A stretch of DNA of 64,000 nucleotides from Flavobacteriaceae bacterium (GTDB taxonomy: Bacteria > Bacteroidota > Bacteroidia > Flavobacteriales > Flavobacteriaceae). The notes below the pieces were generated by a model. The model saw only the letters and a list, made by a program, of their open reading frames with translations. It did no database searches and was not told where the DNA came from. The stretch lies in the NCBI GenBank assembly GCA_947453885.1, contig CANGIF010000011.1:10012-74011 (forward strand), given 5' to 3'. Within the stretch, counting starts at the first letter, position 1; every line of letters begins with the position of its first letter. Of the stretch, positions 1-9,753 are shown piece by piece. A program made the position numbers and the translations under genes.

Positions 1-183
1 CTTTAATAGCGTATGTTTCTAAGCGTTCGCCATTATTGATGTTGACTATAGAAACTTTTTCTCCTTCAACAATGTTAGAAGCTTCCATTAATGCTTCATC
101 AATTGTGATACTTCCGATATAATTTAAATCGGCTCCGGTAACTTTTACCCGATGTATTTTAGATTTAACAACTTGTATTTGCA
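1..183 (-). CDS. panD: Aspartate 1-decarboxylase, N-terminal part (gene runs off the window start)
   Basis: Manual translation of the minus strand from the ATG at 183-181 gives [61 protein letters not shown]. This has the PanD N-terminus, including the Gly-Ser self-processing site context (YIGSITID). It lies directly upstream of panC. Confidence 0.85.
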
Positions 184-198
184 TGGTACAAAAGTAAA

Positions 199-1047
199 TT
201 AATTTAATGAAATGGTATCTATCAATCTAATATTGTTAACAAAAACTGCAATAAAAGCTCTACTTTTCTCAGTTTCGTTTTTATTAACAATTGGTAAAAG
301 AGTAGATTCATTTGCAATTTGGAAGTATTCTAATTCAAAATTTGGAGTTGAATTAATAGTTTGGGTAACAAATAAAATTACTTCTTCAAGAGATTTTATA
401 TGCAATAATTTATTTGCCTCTAACAAAGTTTGGTAAATAATTTTTGCATTGGCTCGATTCTCTTCTGACAATCTTTCGTTTCTAGAGCTCATGGCAAGAC
501 CATTACGTTCTCTAAAAATGGGACAACCAACTATTGAAACAGATAAATTGAGTTTTTCAACCATTTTTTTAACAATAAGCAATTGTTGAAAATCTTTTTC
601 GCCAAAATAAGCATTGGTAGGTTTAACTATTTCAAATAGTTTTTTTACTATAGTACCTACTCCGTCAAAATGACCAGGTCGGAATTGTCCTTCCATTTGA
701 TGTTCTAATCCATCAAAATCAAAAGATTCAGAGGTTGTTTTGTCTCCGTATATATCTGCCGCATCTGGAGCATATATTAAAATATTCTTGCTAACAGTTT
801 TTATTTTTTCCACATCACTTTCTAAAGTTCTTGGATATTTTTCTAAGTCGTCTGGATTATTAAATTGAGTTGGATTTACAAAAATACTGATTACAGTTAT
901 CGTATTTTGCTGTATTGACTCCTTTAATAAAGACAAATGTCCTTGATGTAAAGCACCCATTGTAGGCACAAATCCAATAGTAGTTTTTAAAGTAGAATTT
1001 GTTTCCAAATACCTTATTAAATCTTGTTTTCTGTTAAAAATTAGCAT
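199..1047 (-). CDS. panC: Pantoate--beta-alanine ligase
   Basis: 282 aa. The [17 protein letters not shown]-like motif and overall length are typical of PanC. It is adjacent to panD. Confidence 0.93.
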   Translation of the reverse strand: MLIFNRKQDLIRYLETNSTLKTTIGFVPTMGALHQGHLSLLKESIQQNTITVISIFVNPTQFNNPDDLEKYPRTLESDVEKIKTVSKNILIYAPDAADIYGDKTTSESFDFDGLEHQMEGQFRPGHFDGVGTIVKKLFEIVKPTNAYFGEKDFQQLLIVKKMVEKLNLSVSIVGCPIFRERNGLAMSSRNERLSEENRANAKIIYQTLLEANKLLHIKSLEEVILFVTQTINSTPNFELEYFQIANESTLLPIVNKNETEKSRAFIAVFVNNIRLIDTISLN

Positions 1048-1108
1048 GTCAGTTTATTGAAATCGCGTACAAACATACTACTTTAGCAAATAACTCCATA
1101 AAATTTTG

Positions 1109-1116
1109 TACTTTTG
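1109..1116 (+). promoter_or_regulatory. Candidate Bacteroidota -7 promoter box (TACTTTTG) upstream of the GlgA-like gene
   Basis: It matches the TAnnTTTG consensus about 40 nt upstream of the ATG at 1156, in the divergent panC / GlgA-like intergenic region. Confidence 0.4.
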
Positions 1117-1155
1117 CGCTGTTTTTTATTGCCAATAAACTAATGTAATTCAATT

Positions 1156-1962
1156 ATGGAAGATAAGAGGATCTTATTTGTGTCGTCTGAAGTTGTTCCT
1201 TATCTAGCTGAAAATGAGGTTTCTCTCCTGTCTTATGATGTGCCAAAAATGGTAAATGATCAAGGCGGACAGATCAGAATATTTATGCCAAGATATGGGA
1301 ATATTAATGAAAGAAGACATCAATTACATGAGGTAATTAGATTGTCTGGAATGAATTTAGTGGTAAACGATGTTGACATGCCCTTAATAATTAAGGTAGC
1401 ATCCATACCTAAAGAAAGAATACAAGTTTATTTTATTGACAATGATGAGTATTTTAAACGAAAAGCTACTTTTACTGACGAGGAAGGTGTGTTGTATCCT
1501 GATAATGATGAACGCGCCATATTTTTTGCGAAAGGAGTAGTAGAAACTGTAAAAAAATTGAATTGGGTTCCAGATATTATTCACGTACATGGATGGATGG
1601 CAGCGCTTTTACCTGTTTATATGAAGCATTATTACAAGAACGAAGCACTTTTTGCCGACACTAAAATAGTTACTTCCGTTTATGGACAATCTTTTGAGGG
1701 AAGTTTAGACGCTGAATTGATTAATAAAATTGCTTTTGATGGAGTACCAAAAGACCAATTGGCCCTTTTAGAAAATCCAAATTTTGAAAACATAATTAAA
1801 ACCTCTATTCTACACTCTGATGGAGTTATTATTGCCTCTGAAAACCTTAGTTCAAGTTTAACAAAATTTATAGAAACTTGCGATAAACCTTTTTTACCTT
1901 TCACACCGAAAGATAAACTTGTTGAAGTTTATACAAATTTCTATAAAAACACGGTTAAATAA
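1156..1962 (+). CDS. Glycogen/starch synthase-like protein, N-terminal (GT5) domain only
   Basis: 268 aa. ILFVSSEVVPY...GG and HVHGWMAAL resemble the N-terminal Rossmann half of GlgA. There is no C-terminal GT1 half. Confidence 0.7.
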   Translation: MEDKRILFVSSEVVPYLAENEVSLLSYDVPKMVNDQGGQIRIFMPRYGNINERRHQLHEVIRLSGMNLVVNDVDMPLIIKVASIPKERIQVYFIDNDEYFKRKATFTDEEGVLYPDNDERAIFFAKGVVETVKKLNWVPDIIHVHGWMAALLPVYMKHYYKNEALFADTKIVTSVYGQSFEGSLDAELINKIAFDGVPKDQLALLENPNFENIIKTSILHSDGVIIASENLSSSLTKFIETCDKPFLPFTPKDKLVEVYTNFYKNTVK

Positions 1963-1980
1963 CTTTTTTAGTATTCCTTT

Positions 1981-3624
1981 ATGAAGAAACTTTTTTTATT
2001 ACTCTTTAGCAGCATTTTATTCTTATCATGTGATAAAGATTACAACGACATTGGGGCAAATCTTTTAGGCGATAATCATTTTAACGCATCAGTAGATCGT
2101 GACGCAACTATTATTGCCTACACTAAAAAAAATGGACCTATTCAGTCGAACAATCTTGAAGTAAATAGTTTTGGTATTTTTGATAATCCTGTTTTTGGAA
2201 AAACAACTTCTAGTATGGTAACCCAAGTTCAGTTAGCATCTGTAGCACCTACACTGGATCCAACCCTTTCTAGATATATTCAAAGTGTAATTCTATACAT
2301 ACCTTATTACAGCACTTTACAGTCAGTAGCATCAGATGGAAGCGGCACTTACACCTTAAATAATATAATTGGTGGCGACCCTACTACTTCGAAAATGAAA
2401 CTTAGTGTATATGAAAACCAATACACCATGGAAACTTTGGATGCAGATTCCAATCTACAAGATGTAAAAAGGTTTTATACCGACCAAGAAAATTTGTTTA
2501 CAAGCAACATGGGAATCCAGATTTTAAATAATGATAATGGTACTTCTGCTAATCCAAATACACAAAATTCCCAATTCTATTTTGATAGTTCTGAAATTGT
2601 AGAAACAACACTTGCTACCTCAACAACTGCAGCTGTAACTACTCGAAAAGCACCAGGGATGTATTTAAAATTAGACACAGCTTTTTTTGACAGTAAAATT
2701 CTTCATGCTACTACAGATCAATTGTTAAATAACGGTAATTTTGTTCGTTGGTTTAAAGGGTTGTATTTTAAAATTGAGCAATACAATAATACCCCTACTT
2801 GTATGGCTTTGATGAACTTTAGAAAAGGCACCATCACCGTTAATTACAAAGAAGACATTACAACTACACCAGACCCTGCCACTAGAGTAGATAAATCAAT
2901 TGTTCTAAATTTAAACGGAACTTCTGTAAATTTAATAAAAAATGATTTTGGTGTTAGTGGAACTACCTATAATTCTTTACCTTCAATAGGAGATACAGCT
3001 CAAGGCGATGATCGTCTTTATTTAAAAGGAGGAGAAGGTTCAACAGCAGTTATAGATTTGTTTACAGCTTCTAATCAGCTTACAACATACAGAAATAAAG
3101 GTTGGATTATAAACGAAGCGAATTTAATATTTAATATTGATCAAACTGCAATGGGAACTAACACAGTTGAGCCAGACAGAATCTTCGTGTACGACTTGAA
3201 CAACCGAAGACCAATGATTGATTATTATTACGATAATACTACAAGCTCTGTCGAGAATGCAAACAAATACATACACGGTGGGATTATTGAAAAAGACAAT
3301 ACAGGAAGAGGTACTCGTTATAAAGTAAAAATTACAAATTACATTAGAAATCTACTAAATAAAGACATAGATTCTACCAATATTAAACTTGGTGTTTCTG
3401 TTTGTCAGTCTATTTCTAATGTAAATACTTTGAAAGCAAAAAGTGCTCCTGCCTATTCAATTTGGAAAACATTACCGGCAATTCAAAAAAATTCGTATTT
3501 TTACCCGAGCGCATCTGTTATAAGTCCGTTAGGAACGGTTTTATATGGAAGTAACATTCCAGCTACGGATCCAAATTATGACAAAAGATTACGACTAGAA
3601 ATATTTTATACTAAACCTAATTAA
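1981..3624 (+). CDS. DUF4270-like surface lipoprotein
   Basis: 547 aa. It has a lipoprotein signal peptide (LFLSC, lipobox Cys) and Thr/Asn-rich beta-type composition. The family assignment is from memory of Flavobacteriia synteny (GlgA-like, DUF4270, glmS). Confidence 0.6.
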   Translation: MKKLFLLLFSSILFLSCDKDYNDIGANLLGDNHFNASVDRDATIIAYTKKNGPIQSNNLEVNSFGIFDNPVFGKTTSSMVTQVQLASVAPTLDPTLSRYIQSVILYIPYYSTLQSVASDGSGTYTLNNIIGGDPTTSKMKLSVYENQYTMETLDADSNLQDVKRFYTDQENLFTSNMGIQILNNDNGTSANPNTQNSQFYFDSSEIVETTLATSTTAAVTTRKAPGMYLKLDTAFFDSKILHATTDQLLNNGNFVRWFKGLYFKIEQYNNTPTCMALMNFRKGTITVNYKEDITTTPDPATRVDKSIVLNLNGTSVNLIKNDFGVSGTTYNSLPSIGDTAQGDDRLYLKGGEGSTAVIDLFTASNQLTTYRNKGWIINEANLIFNIDQTAMGTNTVEPDRIFVYDLNNRRPMIDYYYDNTTSSVENANKYIHGGIIEKDNTGRGTRYKVKITNYIRNLLNKDIDSTNIKLGVSVCQSISNVNTLKAKSAPAYSIWKTLPAIQKNSYFYPSASVISPLGTVLYGSNIPATDPNYDKRLRLEIFYTKPN

Positions 3625-3632
3625 GAAAATTT

Positions 3633-5480
3633 ATGTGTGGAATTGTTGGATATATTGGCTATAGAGAAGCTTATCCTATAGTAATAAAAGGATTAAAGCG
3701 CTTAGAATACAGAGGTTATGATAGCGCTGGAATAATGCTTTTTGATGGTGAAAACCTAAAAGTTTCCAAAACAAAAGGGAAAGTAGTAGATTTAGAAGAG
3801 AAATCATCTTCAGAAATAACTACAAATGGAACAATTGGTATGGGACATACCCGTTGGGCAACTCACGGCGTGCCAAACGATGTCAATTCGCATCCTCATG
3901 TTTCTAATTCTGGTAAAATTGCTTTAATTCATAACGGAATTATTGAAAATTATGATCCTTTAAAGAAAGAATTGATCAAAAGAGGGTACACATTTAAGTC
4001 AGATACCGATACTGAAGTACTGGTAAATTTAATTGAAGAAATTCAAAAGAAAGAGCAAATAAAATTAGGGAAAGCGGTTCAAATTGCTTTAAATCAAGTA
4101 ATAGGTGCTTATGCTATTTGTGTTTTTGATGTAGAAAAGCCCAATGAAATTATTGCAGCTCGTTTAGGAAGTCCTTTAGCAATCGGAGTTGGTGAAAACG
4201 AATTTTTTATTGCTTCTGACGCATCGCCTTTTATTGAATATACATCAAATGCTATTTATTTAGAAGATGAAGAAATGGCAGTTGTTCGTTTGCATAAACC
4301 GCTTAAAATCAGAAAGATTAAAGACGATTCTTTAGTTGATCCTTACATACAAGAGCTTCAAATGAATTTGGAGCAGATTGAAAAAGGAGGGTACGAGCAT
4401 TTCATGATGAAAGAAATCTACGAGCAACCAAATGTTATTAAAGATACCTATAGAGGCAGATTGCATGCTAACAAAGGAATTATTCAAATGGCAGGAATTG
4501 AAGACAATCTTGAACGTTTTATAAATGCCGAAAGAATTTTAATTGTTGCATGTGGTACTTCATGGCACGCAGGTTTAGTTGCGGAATACATTATTGAAGA
4601 ATTTACTAGAATTCCAGTTGAAGTAGAATATGCTTCGGAATTTAGATATCGAAATCCAATTATTAATAAAGGGGATGTTTTAATTGCCATTTCTCAATCA
4701 GGGGAAACAGCAGATACTTTAGCAGCAATTAAATTGGCTAAAGAAAATGGGGCTTTTGTTTTTGGAGTTTGTAATGTTGTAGGTTCCTCGATTTCTAGAG
4801 AGACACATGCCGGAGCTTATACACACGCAGGACCAGAAATTGGAGTTGCTTCTACTAAAGCATTTACAACTCAAATTACTGTTTTAACCATGATGGCTTT
4901 GCGTATAGCAAAAGCTAAAGGAACATTGTCAAACACAGTTTACCACCGCTATTTGTTGGAACTAGAAATGATTCCAGAAAAAGTAGAAGAAGCCTTATTG
5001 ACTAACGATACAACAAAAGCAATTGCCGAAAAGTTTAAAGACGCTCCTAACTGTTTGTATTTAGGAAGAGGTTACAATTTTCCAGTTGCTTTAGAAGGTG
5101 CTTTAAAGTTAAAAGAGATTTCCTACATACATGCAGAAGGTTATCCAGCTGCTGAGATGAAACACGGACCAATTGCATTAATCGACGAGCAAATGCCAGT
5201 TGTAGTAATTGCTCCTAAGCAAGAACATTATGACAAAATTGTAAGTAACATCCAAGAGATTAAGTCCAGAAGCGGAAAAATTATTGCTATAGTAACAAAA
5301 GGCGATGTTCAAGTTAAAAATTTAGCCGATTACACTATTGAAATTCCTGAAACTTCCGATGCGTTATCTCCATTATTAACAACTATTCCTTTGCAATTAT
5401 TATCTTATCACATTGCGGTTTTACGGGGCTGTAATGTTGATCAACCAAGAAATTTAGCAAAATCAGTTACGGTTGAATAA
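3633..5480 (+). CDS. glmS: Glutamine--fructose-6-phosphate aminotransferase (isomerizing)
   Basis: 615 aa. It has the N-terminal MCGIVGY Ntn-amidotransferase nucleophile, two SIS domains and the C-terminal ...NLAKSVTVE. Confidence 0.97.
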   Translation: MCGIVGYIGYREAYPIVIKGLKRLEYRGYDSAGIMLFDGENLKVSKTKGKVVDLEEKSSSEITTNGTIGMGHTRWATHGVPNDVNSHPHVSNSGKIALIHNGIIENYDPLKKELIKRGYTFKSDTDTEVLVNLIEEIQKKEQIKLGKAVQIALNQVIGAYAICVFDVEKPNEIIAARLGSPLAIGVGENEFFIASDASPFIEYTSNAIYLEDEEMAVVRLHKPLKIRKIKDDSLVDPYIQELQMNLEQIEKGGYEHFMMKEIYEQPNVIKDTYRGRLHANKGIIQMAGIEDNLERFINAERILIVACGTSWHAGLVAEYIIEEFTRIPVEVEYASEFRYRNPIINKGDVLIAISQSGETADTLAAIKLAKENGAFVFGVCNVVGSSISRETHAGAYTHAGPEIGVASTKAFTTQITVLTMMALRIAKAKGTLSNTVYHRYLLELEMIPEKVEEALLTNDTTKAIAEKFKDAPNCLYLGRGYNFPVALEGALKLKEISYIHAEGYPAAEMKHGPIALIDEQMPVVVIAPKQEHYDKIVSNIQEIKSRSGKIIAIVTKGDVQVKNLADYTIEIPETSDALSPLLTTIPLQLLSYHIAVLRGCNVDQPRNLAKSVTVE

Positions 5481-5504
5481 CGGTTTGAAACACACTTTTT
5501 TATA

Positions 5505-5534
5505 AAAGACTGTCTTTATTGGCAGTCTTTTTTG
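5505..5534 (+). terminator. Rho-independent terminator after glmS
   Basis: The stem aaagactg/cagtcttt (8 bp, 10-nt loop) is followed by a T-run, about 25 nt after the glmS stop. Confidence 0.7.
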
Positions 5535-6365
5535 TTTTAATAAATGTGTTTATACAATCATGCGACTTTAAAACAAATGTGGTAAGGAAATACAATATTG
5601 GCGAAAAACAGATGATCAGAAATACTTTCCATTCCAACAAAAATTGAAATAAAAATAGTATTCAATAGTACAATACAATTTATTAGTTTTGTTTTCAAGT
5701 TGGTTGAGGGTAAGGTGTGTAATTTCGAGTAGTCTGTGAAAAGTATAAAAAAGTACTATTTTGAAAAGCATCTATAAACTCTTATATTTACTCTTCAAAA
5801 ATGCACCGAATCTTTTAAGCAATACCAATGAAAAAAGCAATATTTATAACTGCAATTTGTTTCTTATTTATATATTGAAAAAAGAAAAAGGTCAATATTT
5901 TAATAAAAAAGGAATTGCTGAAGTAAAAGAATATGTCAAATTAAAAAAAAAGAAGTTATTGGTAAAGGATTTTGCAAAGGAGCACTAGTTGATTTTAATA
6001 AACGAAAAATAATTTATTGGGTAATTATTTGGTAAGTAAGGTAACTTTTGGCAAGGGACAGTAGCAGGGTTAATGGTTAGTGGATTGAATCATGCTTTAC
6101 ACAATGGAGAAAGAAACAGTATGTATGATGACCAATCAGGTGATGAAGTTATCAAACAATCTTTAGGGATAAAAAAGGTGATACTCCTAAAGAAATGTTT
6201 TCAAAAATGAAAAAGGAATATTTGAAGTAAATTTATGGTATTCAAAAAAAAACAGTATAATAGGTAAGAATTCGAGTCTTTTGAAGCGGCATTTGTAACA
6301 GGAAAAACAATAGCGAATAGATTAAGAATAGATTTACTTGATGCTACAGAAAAGGGTAATTTTAA

Positions 6366-7544
6366 ATGGATAGACAAAACGGAAGCATGATGCATTTACC
6401 AAAAATTTTAGCACAAAAACTACTAAATAGAAAAGAAAACAATGCTTTACGGAAGCTGCCCTTTCCAAGTAATTTAATCGATTTTGCTTCCAATGATTAT
6501 TTGGGATTTGCCAAAAACGAAAGCATATTTAATGATACACACCACTATTTAATCGATCAGAACATTAAAATAAATGGGGCAACGGGCTCTAGATTGATTT
6601 CTGGGAATCACAATTTATACCAAACCACGGAAGACTTCATTACCAGATTTCACCAAGCGGAAGCAGCATTGATTTTTAATTCGGGCTATGATGCCAATGT
6701 AGGTTTTTTCAGTTCAGTTCCACAACGCAATGATTTAATTTTATTTGACACATTGTGTCATGCTTCTATCCGGGACGGAATACAACTTAGTAAAGCAAAA
6801 TCCTATAAATTTGAGCACAATGATTACAATGATTTAGAACAAATACTTGTAAAACACTTTGCATCTTACAATGTAGCTTCAACAACTGTTTATATTGTTA
6901 CCGAAAGTGTTTTTTCAATGGATGGTGACTGTCCAAAATTAGAAGAACTAGTTCAGATTTCAAATAAATACAAATGCAAATTAGTGATTGACGAAGCACA
7001 TTCACTGGGTGTTTTTGGAGAAAATGGGGAAGGGCTAACACAAAATTACCAATTACAAGATGCTGTTTTTGCTCGAATTGTAACTTTCGGAAAAGGACTG
7101 GGTTGTCACGGAGCAGCAATAGTAGGAAGCCAAGAATTGAAAGACTATTTGATTAATTTTGCAAGAAGTTTTATTTACACAACCGGGCTTTCACCCCATT
7201 CGGTTGCTACAATATTGATTGCCTATCAGTATTTAGAAAAAGATAAAAAAGCGCTTTTACAATTAAGAAGTAACATTCAGTTTTTCAATCAACAAAAAAT
7301 GCAATTTGGATTAAAACCATTATTTATTTATAGTAAATCGGCAATTCAAAGTGCTATAATTCCAGGAAACGATAAAGTAAAATCAATAGCAAATCAATTA
7401 CAAGAAAAAGGATTTGATGTGAAAGCAATCCTTTCTCCAACCGTTCCAGAAGGACAAGAACGATTGCGATTTTGTTTACACAGTTATAATTCTGAAAAAG
7501 AAATTTCTGATATATTATATTTGTTGAGTAGCTTTGTATTTTAA
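6366..7544 (+). CDS. bioF: 8-amino-7-oxononanoate synthase
   Basis: It is a PLP-dependent alpha-oxoamine synthase. The motifs are NDYLGF, DEAHSLGVFG and a TFGKGLG region holding the PLP lysine. The true start may be the ATG at 6387 or 6390 (MHLPKIL...). Confidence 0.9.
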   Translation: MDRQNGSMMHLPKILAQKLLNRKENNALRKLPFPSNLIDFASNDYLGFAKNESIFNDTHHYLIDQNIKINGATGSRLISGNHNLYQTTEDFITRFHQAEAALIFNSGYDANVGFFSSVPQRNDLILFDTLCHASIRDGIQLSKAKSYKFEHNDYNDLEQILVKHFASYNVASTTVYIVTESVFSMDGDCPKLEELVQISNKYKCKLVIDEAHSLGVFGENGEGLTQNYQLQDAVFARIVTFGKGLGCHGAAIVGSQELKDYLINFARSFIYTTGLSPHSVATILIAYQYLEKDKKALLQLRSNIQFFNQQKMQFGLKPLFIYSKSAIQSAIIPGNDKVKSIANQLQEKGFDVKAILSPTVPEGQERLRFCLHSYNSEKEISDILYLLSSFVF

Positions 7545-7600
7545 TAGAAACCTTTGTGAAGTTTGCATTTTCCTTGCTAATTTTGCTTTTATACACAAAA

Positions 7601-8218
7601 ATGAAACTATTTATAACTGGAATCGGAACCGACGTAGGCAAAACAATTGCTTCATCCATTATCACTCAAGCTTTAGAAGCAGACTACTGGAAACCTATAC
7701 AAGCAGGTGATTTAGACAATTCAGATAGTCATAAAATTAAATTAAATGTAGAACATCACAACACAAAAATCCATCCCAATGCCTATGCATTAAAAACTCC
7801 TGCAAGTCCACATCTGGCAGCTTCAATAGATGGAATTACAATTGATTTAACCAAAGTAATTGAGCCAACAACTGAAAATCATTTAGTAATTGAAGGAGCA
7901 GGGGGAGTTTTAGTCCCATTAAATAACACAGACTGTGTTGTTGATTTAATTAAAGTCGACTATAAAGTAATTGTGGTTTCTCGTCATTATTTGGGTAGTA
8001 TCAACCATACACTTTTAACTTTTGAGGCTTTAAAATATAGGGATATTGCTGTTTCAGGAATTGTTTTTTCAGGAGATGAAAACAAGGCATCAGAAGCAAT
8101 TATTTTGAATAAAACAGGAGCCAAATGTATTGGTAGAATAGAAAACGAACCTTATTTCGACCAAAATGTAATCAAGTATTACGCCGATTTGTTTCGAGAT
8201 AATTTACTAAATTTGTAA
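7601..8218 (+). CDS. bioD: Dethiobiotin synthase
   Basis: MKLFITGIGTDVGKT is the BioD P-loop N-terminus, and EGAGG is also present. The ORF-track start at 7556 is a GTG extension that adds a non-conserved hydrophobic leader, so I chose the ATG at 7601. Confidence 0.9.
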   Translation: MKLFITGIGTDVGKTIASSIITQALEADYWKPIQAGDLDNSDSHKIKLNVEHHNTKIHPNAYALKTPASPHLAASIDGITIDLTKVIEPTTENHLVIEGAGGVLVPLNNTDCVVDLIKVDYKVIVVSRHYLGSINHTLLTFEALKYRDIAVSGIVFSGDENKASEAIILNKTGAKCIGRIENEPYFDQNVIKYYADLFRDNLLNL

Positions 8219-8351
8219 AATGATAGCAATCACCAATAAAAGGATTAATTAAAATATTTTTATTCAGATTATTTAATTCAAAGGTTTACAGTTAAATAGA
8301 ACTTAAATGTTTTGGAATACATAAAAGTAGCTTAAAACCTTCGTTCTTTCC

Positions 8352-8359
8352 TATCTTTG
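8352..8359 (+). promoter_or_regulatory. Candidate -7 promoter box (TATCTTTG) upstream of bioA
   Basis: TAnnTTTG match about 60 nt upstream of the bioA ATG, inside the 200-bp bioD-bioA spacer. Confidence 0.4.
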
Positions 8360-8420
8360 CATTTTAATTTTTGAAAGGAAAAGTAATACTCCTTTTCTCT
8401 TTCTTCTATTTTTTTCAAAA

Positions 8421-9692
8421 ATGAACTTTTCCGAAAGAGACTTATTATACAATTGGCACCCATACACTCAACACAAAACGGCAGGTTTTCATCCAGCAAT
8501 TGTTAAAGGCAAAGACGCATTACTTTGGGACGAAAACGACAAAGAATTTATTGACGCTATTGCTTCTTGGTGGGTGAATCCATTTGGACATTCCAACCAA
8601 TTTATAGCTGATGCAATTTACAAACAGTTGACCACTTTAGAACATGTGCTATTTGGAGGTTTTACTCATGATAAAGCAGTGTTGTTGTCCGAGAAACTAA
8701 TGACTATCTTGCCATCTAACCAAAAGAAAATTTTCTATTCTGATAATGGTTCAACCGCTGTAGAAGTTGCAATAAAAGGAGCTTTACAATACTTTTACAA
8801 TAAAGGAAATAAACGCTCCAAAATAATTGCATTTGAAGATGCTTTTCACGGAGATACTTTTGGGGCAATGGCAGCAAGTGGCATTTCTTTTTATACCGAA
8901 GCTTTTAAAGACTCCTTACTTGAAGTTGTTCGCGTTCCAATTCCAACTAGTGGTAACGAACTAAGAACGATTGCTTTGTTAGAACAATTAGTCGCTACCA
9001 ATGAATATGCTGCATTTATTTTTGAACCACTCGTACTTGGTGCTGCAGGAATGGTAATGTATCAGCCGGATGTTTTAGAAAAAATGATTGCAATTTGCAA
9101 TATCCATAAAGTATTTACCATTGCAGATGAAGTAATGACTGGTTTTGGTAAAACAGGAAAAACATTTGCAACTGATTATTTGGTAAACAAACCAGACATT
9201 ATGTGTTTGTCAAAAGCATTGACAGGCGGTACTATTCCTATGGCGATTACTACTTTTTGTCAAGAAGTTTATGATGGATTTTTTGATGAGGATATCAACA
9301 AGGCATTATTTCATGGTCATACTTTTACCGCAAATCCTACCGGTTGTGCGGCTGCTTTGGCAAGTATTGATTTGTTGCAAACTGATGAGATGCAAGCCAA
9401 TATTAAACGCGTAAATTCCTCTCATTTAGCATTTGAACAAAAAATAAAACAACATTCAAAAGTACGAACGACACGTGTTCTTGGCGTTATTTTTGCTTTA
9501 GAAATAGTTACAACTTCAGCCGAAAGCTATTATGGATCAATGCGAACCCAACTTTATAATTTCTTTATTGAAAACGGAATCATTTTGCGACCTGTAGGAA
9601 ATATAGTGTACATTTTACCACCTTATGTAATTACCAATAAACAGTTAGAAAAAGTGTACGTAACTATAGAAAAAGTATTAGAAATTATTTAA
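8421..9692 (+). CDS. bioA: Adenosylmethionine-8-amino-7-oxononanoate aminotransferase
   Basis: 423 aa class-III aminotransferase. It has WWVNPFGH, DEVMTGFGKTGK and a PLP-lysine context (LSKALTGG). Confidence 0.93.
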   Translation: MNFSERDLLYNWHPYTQHKTAGFHPAIVKGKDALLWDENDKEFIDAIASWWVNPFGHSNQFIADAIYKQLTTLEHVLFGGFTHDKAVLLSEKLMTILPSNQKKIFYSDNGSTAVEVAIKGALQYFYNKGNKRSKIIAFEDAFHGDTFGAMAASGISFYTEAFKDSLLEVVRVPIPTSGNELRTIALLEQLVATNEYAAFIFEPLVLGAAGMVMYQPDVLEKMIAICNIHKVFTIADEVMTGFGKTGKTFATDYLVNKPDIMCLSKALTGGTIPMAITTFCQEVYDGFFDEDINKALFHGHTFTANPTGCAAALASIDLLQTDEMQANIKRVNSSHLAFEQKIKQHSKVRTTRVLGVIFALEIVTTSAESYYGSMRTQLYNFFIENGIILRPVGNIVYILPPYVITNKQLEKVYVTIEKVLEII

Positions 9693-9753
9693 AAAACCAA
9701 TGTGTTTTGTCTAATTCTTAACGACCTTTGCTTTTCTAATAAACGGTTTCGCA

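Noticed and set aside
212-436. Antisense or shadow ORFs listed in the six-frame track that lie inside strong genes. Examples are 212..436, 1384..1590, 1680..1904, 4484..4690, 6898..7119, 7354..7665, 11489..11749, 14110..14421, 18740..19030, 33008..33274, 34861..35199, 36182..36466, 40214..40618, 41401..41757, 42317..42763, 47268..48161, 55770..56066 and 62930..63127.
   Set aside because: Each lies opposite or out of frame within a gene that has clear family motifs. Their translations are low-complexity or hydrophobic, as expected from AT-rich antisense sequence, and none has a motif or a promoter/terminator context of its own.
3600-3640. glmS ribozyme/riboswitch upstream of glmS
   Set aside because: Only 8 nt separate the upstream gene's stop from the glmS ATG, so there is no room for a leader RNA. 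That element is also characteristic of Gram-positive bacteria.
5761-5988. 75-aa ORF in the glmS-bioF spacer as a real gene
   Set aside because: It initiates at a non-ATG codon in the track, and its composition is lysine-rich and low-complexity. It overlaps a different short frame that carries a signal-peptide-like start. It is more consistent with a decayed fragment, and is reported as part of the decayed-spacer finding instead.
7556-7600. N-terminal extensions in the ORF track: bioD from 7556, DUF58 from 30060, the membrane protein to 39486, DUF3108 to 44319, FTHF cyclo-ligase from 52763, ileS to 58036 and plsC from 59219
   Set aside because: In each case an internal ATG gives the family-typical N-terminus or signal peptide. 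The extension is non-conserved-looking, uses GTG/TTG, or runs through a terminator hairpin (44301-44335).
8283-8290. GGTTTACA in the bioD-bioA spacer as a BirA operator half-site (the known palindrome type is TGTAAACC-N14-16-GGTTTACA)
   Set aside because: There is no matching TGTAAACC half-site at the required spacing upstream. A weak TGTAACA...GATTTACT pair upstream of bioF (6294-6338) is spaced too far apart. A single 8-mer in AT-rich DNA is not convincing.
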